Assembly (NCBI GenBank): GCA_037447605.1
Contig: CM074811.1
Coordinates: 1,426,001-1,490,000 of the forward strand
Origin: Zygnema circumcarinatum SAG 698-1b
Taxonomy: Eukaryota; Plantae; Zygnematophyceae
Direction of reading: 5' to 3'
DNA length: 64,000 bases
Shown piece after piece: positions 24,601-35,900 of this stretch. Position numbers and translations under genes: made by a program. Below the pieces are notes generated by a model, which did no database searches, was not told the DNA's origin, and saw only the letters and a program-made list of their open reading frames with translations. The first letter of the stretch is position 1, and every line of letters starts with the position of its first letter.

Positions 24601-27600
24601 TCAAGCATGGAGTTTGGGAGCCTGAAATCAGCAGCTAAATTCTCAAGAATCCTGATAACTGGCTGCTTCAGCCTTTACCTCAATGTAGGAGCTGAGTTTC
24701 ACTATTGCTGACCATTTATTGGATGTAACAGAAGTTTCAAACACAGTTATGTCTACGATTTAAGCACACTCATCTAATATTCAGGCTCTGGTTCAAGTGC
24801 AGCTGTAATTAAATGTCTGTTAGATTGTTCAAACGAGCCAAACATGAGTCTGAGATCGAGGCTCTCTGCAGAAATGGCCATCAAACCAAAAACTAAAAAA
24901 ATCTGGAGATTAAGTTGGCCCTATTTCATATGTAACACGGAAGGGATACCGCATGAGCTAGTACGCGGTGAGTATGAGAATGAGAATCAATGGGAAATGA
25001 GAAAACAAGGGCAACGAGCTTACCTTCTCTGATGCAAGTCTCACATTGTGGATTTTTTCCTCCAAAGGGTCCGCCTGTAAAGTCAGTTCCAAATTTCGCA
25101 CAAGCAATGAGCTCTGCTCTGCCAGATAGACAGTACTAACCAGAACATACAGCTCAGCCTCAAGCTTCTAGTTTCTGATATAAATCTTACAAACAACTTT
25201 GCTACATGTCCTTTCAGGTACATAAGCGGCATGCTAAAGAAAACAGCTCCTCCACAACAGCCTTTGAGATACGATTGCTCTCGAATTTAGCCGCAAAAAA
25301 CAATCAGAAAGAACTGTTTGTAGTTCGTGACGCAGTGACAAACAAACAAACATGCTTGTCACAGCTGAGCCATGTACATCCCCCGGAAGGGGCTCAAAAA
25401 AGAAGGCTTCTTGAATAAGTTACTTACCCTTTCATAAAGAGATGCACGGAACTTCAACATCCGCAGTTTCCTCTCCAAGCGAGGCACGGGCAGCAGAGAG
25501 GACCAAAGCTGCATTCACGCCAATACCAACCTTGGGGGCTTTCATGAGCAAGGAAGGGCCCACGCGAAGCCAAATGCTTTCTGAAAGGTCTACTTACTGC
25601 ACAAGAACATCCACTCAGGGTGATCAACGGATAGATGCTCAGCTCCGACATTACCACAAGCTTTGTCAGGACAACTAAAATCACATTATTAATCTCTCTG
25701 CCAGTCTCCTGTCATTTCTCAAAGAAAGAGAGAGGGGGGTTGGGGGAGTGGGCGCGTGAGAGATAGACAAAGAAAACGGGGAGGGGGGGGAGAGAGAGAG
25801 CGAGAGAAAGAGAGAGAGAGACAGAGAGAGAGAGGGAGAGAGAGAGAGAGAGAGCACTTGCGAATGCTGCCATACCTGTTCTGCAGGACCTAACTCCTCA
25901 ACCGGGCCAGCGAATTTCTGTAAAAGGAGCATGACACGGTCCGCCCATTTCAGAGAACAGGTACCATTACTACATGAAACTGAGTAACGAACGGCAAATC
26001 TTCCCTGGAACCCTTAGTAAAGCAAGAAACTGCAGTTTATTAATTCACGGCTATGACAGTTACACATACCTTAATTTTGTTCTTTTCGTCCTCCCTAGGA
26101 GCATACTTAAGGAGGGTGAAGGCAATGGCGTCGCAAGAATCCCCAAGAGACTTCGCATCCGCTTTCAAAATTGCAATCTGCCGGCAACATGCGCAATCAC
26201 ACTTCCACCTTTCAGGACAGAACGGAGATAACCAAGTCAACTGCAACTAACAGCACACAAAAGCTCCTGCATGGCAGCCATGGAGTTTCCTTATGATTCC
26301 TTAGATTCCTTACACACAACTAGAACATTATCTAGGATGGTGGGTGTCGAAAAACAGAAACTCACAGCGAGTTCTTTGGGACTCTGCTTCAGCGGTTTCA
26401 TTGCGATCTCTATGTTCTGAGCCTTCTTCGCTTCAAGCTGGACGGTACAAAACCAACCAGACAAAACGGCCCATGTCAATATTAGCCTGGAAAACGATCA
26501 TTCCACCTCCTTCAGCTCAAGGATTAATTTCCAAGGTAACTGTGGACTGCCTACAACAACCTTTATTTTCGCATACTCGGATTCTGATACTTAGGATGCT
26601 TTTTACACCACAAAAGGACCCTTAACAGCCAAAATCATAAACAGTCCTCTCCCAGTAACTCCCTCATCAGTCGTGGCTCCAATTAGTCGTCGTCCACCAG
26701 ACAACCAAAGAGTGAAAAAAGGCTCTTATCGATAAATAATGTGCATGTGCTCTATGAAAGCAAGCAAGTGGCTAATTGACTGCTCGTGCGAGCATGAGGA
26801 AAATGGACATACAAAGCGAGTAAACTTCTTTTTCACAACCGTCAACTTCCGGCCGTCATCACTGCCTAGTTTAGGAACATTCCCAACATTTCTCTTGATC
26901 TCGTCAATGTTCAGCGAAATATTCCTGGCATTACGAAAACAAAACAACCACGACAACCAAAAAAAAAGGGTCATGAATTTCAAGTGCCGAAATTCGCTTC
27001 GTGATTCACAGCTGGTCTGCTTGAATAGTTCTCTGAAGCGTGCTCAGCTAGCTAAAGTGTCTTTCTAGATGTCTGGAAATAGGCAAACTTTGGGGTCCCA
27101 AAAGAGTTGAGAGAGGCATCGTTTAGGAGTCCGACAAGAGTGGGCTGTGCGAAGTCAAAGCATAAAATCTCAGATTGACATATCCAGCGATGGCTAAGAG
27201 CCAATGAGAAGGTAGTCAAACAAACCCAAAGTTGTGCATCACTTACACATCACCGTCCCAAATGGTGCCTGCAAACTTGTCCGCTAGTCGCGACCTTTGC
27301 CCTAATCCGGGAGCGGTAGGAACTTTAGGAGCCCCTCGGCCGAATCCTGGAGGAGGAGGAGGCGGCCGAGGACCCCCCCCAGGAGGGGGAGGAGGAGGAG
27401 GGCGAGGACCTGTGCCTGAAATAGGAGGGGGAGGAGGAGGGGGAGGCTGGGGGGCAGCTGTTCCAGGAAGAAGAGGAGGTGGAGGAGGTCGAGGAGGAGC
27501 ACGTGGGCCTGAGCCTGTGGGAGTAGTAGGAGGGGGAGGTGGAGGTGGGGGCAGACGAGGAGGATTCATCCCAGGGAGAGGAGGTGGTGGAGGAGGAGGA

Positions 27601-30600
27601 TGTGGGGCTTGCCCTATGATTGGAGGTGGTGGTGGAGGAACGGGGGGAGGGGAAGAAGCATGAGTGGGATTGGATAGAAGGGAGAGAGTGGGGAGGGGAG
27701 AAGGAGGTGGGGGTGGAAAGGAAGTGCCTTTGTTTGGACGAGAAGATGGAGAATGGGAGGCAGGAGAGGTAGGCGCAAGCGGCCCATTGTAAGTGAGTGG
27801 AGGAGGTGGAGGTGGTGGAGGTGGGGGAGAACGAAACGGTGCAACTATCGTGGGAGAGGACTGTAGCGCGGTTAGTGAGGGAGAAGAACTTTCTGATGCA
27901 ATTGGGTGAGTCGCTAGACCAGACGCAGTTGGAAAAAACTGAGATGGAGGGTCGAGAGGAGCTTCAAAGGAAAACGACATAGGATGGCGAGCAAAAGGCT
28001 CAGGAGCTTGTCGGTAGGCCACACCATCTCGCTGAAATGTCAAGGGCAACTGTGGCGATTGCGCCTGCTGCAAAGGGGGGGGGGAAGTTGACAAAAGAGG
28101 TGGACCTAGATTTGCATATTCACCGTCTGAAAGACCGTAGGTTTCTGCTTGTGCCAATTCTACATCATGACCACTAACATCGCCTCTTTTGCCACTTCCT
28201 GAACCAGGACCCAAGCCTGCCATTGAACCTGCTCCAAAATCAGGGCCTGAACCTATAACTGAGCCCGATCCACCATCTGCAGCTTCGGCTGCCCGGTAAA
28301 CCCCACCACCTCTCGCTACCCCATTGCTTCCTGTGCTGTTTTGACTATGTCTTCTCATGCCCGGCCGCTTGGTCAGTTCACTAGAGAATAGACCAGTTCC
28401 AATTCCAGCAATCACCTCATCACTGTCACGAGCATCCCTGGGACTTCGTCGTAGCCTTTCTCGACTTCCTTCAGGGCCACCAGCATACCTGCCTGGTAGA
28501 CCAGATGCCCTACCAGCAAAAGACCTGTCCATTTCCTCTGATCTCGCTTTCACAGAAATGTCAACGACCTTTTGGAAATCCGGCAGAGGCACCCTTACAC
28601 CAGCAACTCTTGAACTAGACCCTTCATGCTTGCCCATTCCCCTATGGTTCAGTCCTCGGTTCTCCCCGGCAGAAGTCATTCCATAAACACCCCTCGACCT
28701 AGCTAAGTTGGCCATCATTTCCCGATCACCTGCCCCTCTCGGGAATGCTGGCAGAGGCACTTTTACAGCGAGTTCCTGGGTAGACCTTCGAGAAGATAGC
28801 CCACCGGCATAAGGACCGATATTCTGCACAGCAGGAGGGGTAGCTGTGCGGCGAATACCTTCGCCCACGGAACCGGCCATAGACTCTCCCCCACATTCAG
28901 ATTGTAAATCAGAAGGTTGCAGGGACGATGCTTGGCTTCCAACTTCGCTCACACCTGTATCCTCTCCCATTGTCGTTAACCAATGCTCCACCTTGCTAAT
29001 GATCATCTCCTTCGGCACCCCGCCATCCATCATGTCGTCCTGGTCATCTCTTCTTCCTGACCCGACAACAAGACGTTCTGGGTCCCAATTGAACTCAACT
29101 TTCCCCTCTTCTTCGCCACCAACAGCTTCCGTGTGCCCAGCAAGCATGGTAGGTTGCCCTCGCACATCCCTTTGTTGAAAACCTGCTGTCTGACCCTCCT
29201 CTATCTCATCCAACAACAGAGCTTCTGCAGTTCGAGACTGATGTGATGGATACCGCCCTGATCCTGCTTTACTTCCAGAAAGTGTTGGCGGCCCAACATA
29301 CACTGGTTTATCCCCTTGGTCTTTAAGGTCTCTATAAACCCCTTTCCCGCCACTCTCTAAACTTTTCAAGACGTCTTTCACGCTCCTGGTAGCTTCCACG
29401 ACCCACTCACTCCGCTCCGAGTTTGCTCTCAGTGAGTTGATAACCGACTGGGCCTGCCTTTCAAACCCAAAAGCATCTGATGTAATGCCATTGGAAACAG
29501 GCACTCCCAAACTCACAGCGGGTCCTACATGAGCAGACATGTCACCCGCGACAGGAACTCCAGGGGCAGGACCCGATGCATCCTTGCTGTTGGTTGCTGG
29601 TAGACCCCAGACCACCCCTGATACAGCTGGAGATGGAGGAGCATCCGTAGCTCTAACCTGCGGTTTGACTTGTCCAGAACTTGGGACTTGTATTGACGAG
29701 CCCGGTAAAGGGCCATGATGGTTACTTTGTATAAGCTGTGGCGACCAACTGCCCCTGAAGACCTTCTGAGGCATATTCACAGTCCACTTTTTTGGCGTTT
29801 CCTCGACCGTTTCCTGCTTGTCTGTCTGTCCTAAGGTCTCTTCTACGTCCATTGGGTCAAATAACGCTTTGACCCTCTCATCCACTCTCCCAGACCTAAA
29901 AAGAGAGCGATTAGACCCCCCTACAGCTTGCTTTGCCCAATCAGCTCTTGTAGAGGTTGGTCCCTCCACGAATGCACCTCTTCCCTGTTGCTCCTCCTCA
30001 CCATCTTCTGCTTTCGATTTCCAAACCAGTATATTTCCACTGCCTGAGCCACTAAGCGACCTCCCTGAGCCACCCGAATTTGAACGTGTATACGTTTTTC
30101 CTGAATTTGTTCTTTGAAGCGTCCTTTCAGGCTCGTCATTCTGCTGTCTGTCAACTTGTAGAGTGTCTACACACATATCATCTTGGTGAGCATCTCTATC
30201 GCGTGTAACCACATCCTTGGGTGGGGGAGTTTTGGAGTAAAATGGAAGCTGCTCTGAGTGAGAACTATTTGCGTCTTCTAAGGCAGCCAAAAGATCTGAA
30301 GGCGTAGAAGAAGTGCGATAAAGCCTAGAACGTGACTTAGCACGCTCTAACTTTGGAGGTTGTGATTCAATTGGCACTGCCAAATTCCCGCCAATTACAT
30401 TTCTTTCCACAGGAGCCGCCAGACCAAGCTCCACCACAAGCTTTTCACTGGCAGACTTTACCTCCTTGGTTAGTTGATTGCCCGACCTGCGACTCTTTGG
30501 TTTACTCGAATCCGCAGGTTGTTCGTCGGAATGATTAAATGGAGCATGGAATTGTGACTTTGGCGGTTGCACCACTCCTACCTGCTCCCAGTGTGAAGGA

Positions 30601-31118
30601 ATGGGGGCCATTAAGGGTAACCGCGGACCTCCAACAGCGGCCGACCCAGAGGTTCGACGACTAACTGGTTGGAAGGCAGAAGTTGGCCCAGGGGAAGTAA
30701 GCTGAGGAGCGGCAGCCAGTGATGCTGAGCCCCATTTAAGGCTCGTACCACCACCAATAGGGTCCGAAATAGCGGGCTCCTCCAGTTTGTAAACCTTCCG
30801 CCGCCGACGCCTCCGACGAGGGGACTTAAGCCCATCCAGCAGAAAAGTGCCAACAATAGAATCTGCTCGAGCCTCGGCAAGCTCGGCGTCCGACTGTGCA
30901 ATTGCAGCACTGGCAGCGCCGGTTCCTTGTTCGAAGTGCGCATTATTTCGTCTCCTTCTGTCCTTCCGCGAATTAGACTTAAACAATTCAGCAGGTTCAG
31001 GCGCATTTTGGAGGGAATCAAAAGCGCTGGCAGGGCCCAGAATCTTCTCAAATGCAGCGGCTGCATCCTCTCGGTCGCTGTTCGCACGTGCAATACCGAA
31101 GTTCCGGAAATTAAACAT
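21653..31118 (-). CDS. Formin (FH1 polyproline + FH2) with a very long low-complexity N-terminal region
   Basis: Exon 1 ORF 31118-~27250 ends in polyproline FH1 and AGTIWDG. FH2 exons include LEAKKAQNIEIAMK, LLKYAPREDE, FAGPVEELGPAEQ, VPRLERKLRMLKF, DIGNKLNEGTNRG (~24440-24480), GFMHYLCKV, LLDFYEDF and NDFVLLFKKAHAENE. Stop at 21653. Confidence 0.9.
22735..22825. repeat. Compound (GA)n / GGGGAGAGGGAGAGAGAGAGAGGC repeat in a formin intron
   Basis: Three copies of ggcgggg(a/c)gagggagagagagaga. Confidence 0.8.
25780..25855. repeat. (GA)n microsatellite in a formin intron
   Basis: Direct reading of the sequence. Confidence 0.8.
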
Positions 31119-31926
31119 TGGTGGAGTCGATAATGCACCCGAAAAAAACTCAAATATTGCAAAACGAACTCAATGCTAGGTTTGCTCAAAAAATACGCCC
31201 CTTAATCTCTGATATAATCTACGAGCCCAAAATGCCAGCGTATTGTCCTCTTTAGATGCGCAAAAATCATTCGCCATAGCGCGGAATCCCTAATCCTTTC
31301 AACTCGCAGCGTATCATCCCCGACCCCCAATCCTGCCTAGTCAAATGTCCTACTCACGACACCCTCCCACGCCATCCCTCGTCCCTCCTCAGCCTCCACC
31401 ACTTCCCCTCAGCCTCTCCCCCGCCATGTCTCCCTTTTCCCGCGAGCTCAAGCGCAGCGACCTGCACCCGAGCTTCCCGCCATGGCTCCTCCCTCCCTCC
31501 CTCAGCCTCCCGCCAGCTGTCCGCGGCCCTGCGCCAGCCAAGCGCCCCTCCTCGCTCTCCCTCCCTCGCCCTGCGTGCGTGCGTACGGTACGGCGGCGCC
31601 CTGTCTGTCTCTCTCTCTCTCTCTCACTGTCTGTCTGTCTGTCTGTCACTGTATTGGAGCCGTTGCTGCCGTCTGCCCTGCCCTGCCCTGGCCTGGCCCG
31701 GGCCTCGCCTCGCGCCGGGGGGATTCGGGGCTCTTGTGCTGTGGCCAGGGAAGGGGGGAAGGGGCAGGAGCCGTTCGCACGTTGTAGTGGGAACGCGCGC
31801 AGGGAGGGAGGGAGGGAGGGAGGGAGAGAGTCGCGGCGCGGAGGATGGATGGACGCAGGGGGTGTTGTCGAGCTTCAACACTTGCGCTGAGGTACGAATG
31901 ACACGAAAGAAAAAGTTTACTGATTA

Positions 31927-32410
31927 CAGTCTAATCACGTTATAGTGACTGTGTCGGTCCCCACATGTTTGTGTCACTATAACGGTAATGACCCGTTTGT
32001 CATTTCACATTTATAGTAACAATGTTATTAGATATGTTTTTGCGGTATATCCGTACGCCTTGGATACCGTACATTGTACTTTTTGGGCAGTCGTCACGTG
32101 GGTAGGTGTGTACGAATCCTAGGGAGCATGTGTACGGACAAGTTGATATGTACGGTCAAATCGATATCTGACGGTATTAGTCGATAATATGTACGGTCGT
32201 AATATATTTGTAACGCATATTCCAATACGTGGGTGGATAATATCGACATTTTGAACATATAGTAACAATTAGGGCTTTTCAGCGTCGTTATATCCGTAAT
32301 GGCGTCACTACTGGCGCAGGATCTGCAGTGGTGCAATTCCGTTCCCGGAAAAAAAGTCAGTATATCCATGCTGTTCTTATAAACAGTGTCACTATAACGT
32401 GATTAGACTG
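31927..32410. mobile_element. MITE / non-autonomous Tc1-mariner-type DNA transposon (484 bp)
   Basis: Perfect 23-bp TIRs CAGTCTAATCACGTTATAGTGAC (31927-31949; reverse complement at 32388-32410), flanked on both sides by TA. AT-rich non-coding interior with a partial internal TIR copy at ~31972. Confidence 0.8.
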
Positions 32411-32954
32411 TATGTCCATGTAAATTTGATTTCGTGAGATCAATGTCACTTTTATTCCTCCCTCGTTTACTGTACTGTTGTATGTATGTATGTATGGCTC
32501 AGCCATCGAGGGGGGAGGGGAGGGACGGAGGGGAGGGAGGGAGGGAGGCCACAACGAACACACAAAAAAAAGAAACAAGACGATGATGCTTCCACGGACA
32601 AGAGCACGTACTACGCAGCGCTTCAAGAGGAGCGAGAACAACTAGCAACCAAACTAAACTAGCCCACGTCAAGCTACGCTAACTTCAACTAAACCCAAAG
32701 AGTAAACGACCCCCCCCATGCAACCGCGGCCCTCCGCGCACACACCGCAGCGAACCACATGGAGGCTGCGGCATGCCAGAGCTGTACGGTCAGTGGGCCG
32801 TATAGTACAGTACTGTAACCAACGCGACAAATATTGTACGAGCCGTACAATATTTTATACGGATATGCCGCTAGTGGCACAAGACAGGCGAGTTTGATGG
32901 TGCGCGAAGTGGTGGGAGCACAGCGGAGAGCGCCATAGCCTTCGTAGCAGCTCG

Positions 32955-35900
32955 GGTTGTGTCTCTGTCTCTGACTCTGGCGCTGGCTCTGGTTGTGGTT
33001 GTGGCTCTGTCTCTGTCTCTGGCGCTGGCTCTGGTTGTGGCTGTGTCTCTGCCTCTGCCTCTGTCTCTGGCGCTGGCTCTGGTTGTGGTTGTGGCTCTGT
33101 CTCTGTCTCTGGCGCTGGCTCTGGTTGTGGCTGTGTCTCTGCCTCTGTCTCTGTCTCTGGCGCTGGCTCTGGTTGTGGCTGTGGCTCTGCTCTGTCTCTG
33201 TCTCTGGCGCTGGCTCTGGCCCTGGCTGTGGTTGTGTCTCTGTCTCTGTCTCTGGCTCTGGCTCTGGCTGTGGTTGTGGCTCTGTCTCTGTCTCTGGCTC
33301 TGGCGCTGGCTCTGGTTGTGGCTGTGTCTCTGCCTCTGCCTCTGTCTCTGGCGCTGGCTCTGGTTGTGGTTGTGGCTCTGTCTCTGTCTCTGGCGCTGGC
33401 TCTGGTTGTGGCTGTGGCTCTGCTGCCTCTGTCTCTGTCTCTGGCGCTGGCCTCTGTCTCTGGCGCTGGCTCTGGTTGTGGTTGTGGCTCTGTCTCTGTC
33501 TCTGGCGCTGGCTCTGGTTGTGGCTGTGGCTCTGTCTCTGTCTCTGGCGCTTGCTCTGGTTGTGGCTGTGTCTCTGCCTCTGTCTCTGTCTCTGGCGCTG
33601 GCTGGCTCTGGTTGTGGCTGTGGCTCTGTCTCTGTCTCTGGCGCTGGCTCTGGTTGTGGCTGTGTCTCTGCCTCTGTCTCTGTCTCTGGCGCTGGCTCTG
33701 GTTGTGGTTGTGGCTCTGTCTCTGTCTCTGGCGCTGGCTCTGGTTGTGGCTGTGTCTCTGCCTCTGCCTCTGTCTCTGGCGCTGGCTCTGGTTGTGGCTG
33801 TGGCTCTCTGCCTCTGCCTCTGTCTCTGGCGCTGGCTCTGGTTGTGGCTGTGGCTCTGTCTCTGTCTCTGGCGCTGGCTCTGGTTGTGGTTCTGCCTCTG
33901 TCTCTGTCTCTGGCGCTGGCTCTGGTTGTGGCTGTGTCTCTGCCTCTGCCTCTGTCTCTGGCGCTGGCTCTGGTTGTGGTTGTGGCTCTGTCTCTGTCTC
34001 TGGCGCTGGCTCTGGTTGTGGCTGTGTCTCTGCTCTGTCTCTGTCTCTGGCGCTGGCTCTGGTTGTGGTTGTGGCTCTGTCTCTGTCTCTGGCGCTGGTT
34101 CTGGCTGTGTCTCTGCCTCTGCCTCTGTCTCTGGCGCTGGCTCTGGTTGTGGCTGTGGCTCTGTCTCTGTCTCTGGCGCTGGCTCTGGTTGTGGTTGTGG
34201 CTCTGTCTCTGTCTCTGGCGCTGGCTCTGGTTGTGGTTGTGGCTCTGGCTCTGTCTCTGGCTCTGGCGCTGGCTCTGTGGCTCTGTCTCTGTCTCTGGCG
34301 CTGTCTGGTTGTGGCTGTGTCTCTGCCTCTGTCTCTGTCTCTGGCGCTGGCTCTGGTTGTGGCTGTGTCTCTGTCTCTGTCTCTGGCTCTGGCTCTGGTT
34401 GTGGTTGTGGCTCTGTCTCTGTCTCTGGCTCTGGTTGTGGTTGTGGCTCTGTCTCTGTCTCTGGCGCTGGCTCTGGTTGTGGCTGTGGCTCTGTCTCTGT
34501 CTCTGGCGCTGGCTCTGGTTGTGGCTGTGTCTCTGACTCTGTCTCTGTCTCTGGCGCTGGCTGTGTGGCTGTGTCTCTGCCTCTGTCTCTGTCTCTGGCG
34601 CTGGCTCTGGTTGTGGCTGTGGCTCTGTCTCTGTCTCTGGCGCTGGCTCTGGTTGTGGTTGTGGCTCTGTCTGGCTCTGTCTCTGTCTCTGGCTCTGGCT
34701 CTGGCGCTGGCTGTGGTTGTGGGTGTGCCTCTGACTCTGGGTCTGGCGCTGGCTCTGGCTGTGGCTGTGTCTCTGCTCTGTCTCTGTCTCTGGCGCTGGC
34801 TCTGGTTGTGGTTGTGGCTCTGTCTCTGTCTCTGGCGCTGGCTCTGGTTGTGGCTGTGGCTCTGTCTCTGTCTCTGGCGCTGGCTCTGGTTGTGGTTGTG
34901 GCTCTGTCTCTGTCTCTGGCTCTGGCGCTGGTTGTGGCTCTGTCTCTGTCTCTGGCGCTGGCTCTGGTTGTGGCTGTGTCTCTGCCTCTGTCTCTGTCTG
35001 GCGCTCTCTGGTTGTGGTTGTGGCTCTGTCTCTGTCTGGTTGTGGCTGTGGCTCTGTCTCTGTCTCTGGCGCTGGCTCTGGTTGTGGCTGTGTCTCTGCC
35101 TCTGTCTCTGTCTCTGGCGCTGGCTCTGGCTCTGGTTGTGGCTGTGGCTCTGTCTCTGTCTCTGGCGCTGGCTCTGGTTGTGGTTGTGGCTCTGTCTCTG
35201 TCTCTGGCGCTGGCTCTGGTTGTGGTGTGGCTCTGTCTCTGTCTCTGGCGCTGGCTCTGGTTGTGGTTGTGGCTCTGTCTCTGTCTCTGGCGCTGGCTCT
35301 GGTTGTGGCTGTGTCTCTGTCTCTGCCTCTGTCTCTGGCGCTGGCTCTGGTTGTGGTTGTGGCTCTGTCTCTGTCTCTGGCGCTGGCTCTGGTTGTGGCT
35401 GTGTCTCTGCCTCTGCCTCTGTCTCTGGCGCTGGCTCTGGGCTGTGTCTCTGCCTCTGCCTCTGTCTCTGGCGCTGGCTCTGGTTGTGGTTGTGGCTCTG
35501 TCTCTGTCTCTGGCGCTGGCTCTGGTTGTGGCTGTGTCTCTGTCTCTGGCTCTGGCTCTGGCGCTGGCTGTGGCCTGTGGTCTGTCTCTGGCGCTGGCTC
35601 TGGTTGTGGTTGTGGCTCTGCCTCTGTCTCTGGCGCTTGCTCTGGTTGTGGCTGTGTCTCTGCCTCTGTCTCTGTCTCTGGCGCTGGCTCTGGTTGTGGC
35701 TGTGTCTCTGCCTCTGTCTCTGTCTCTGGCGCTGGCTCTGGTTGTGGCTGTGGCTCTGTCTCTGTCTCTGGCGCTTGCTCTGGTTGTGGCTGTGTCTCTG
35801 CCTCTGCCTCTGTCTCTGGCGCTGGCTCTGGTTGTGGCTGTGTCTCTGCCTCTGTCTCTGGCGCTGGGCTCTGGTTGTGGCTCTGGCTCTGCCTCTGTCT

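Noticed and set aside
27232-27663. Gly-rich + strand ORF
   Set aside because: It is the antisense shadow of the formin FH1 polyproline.
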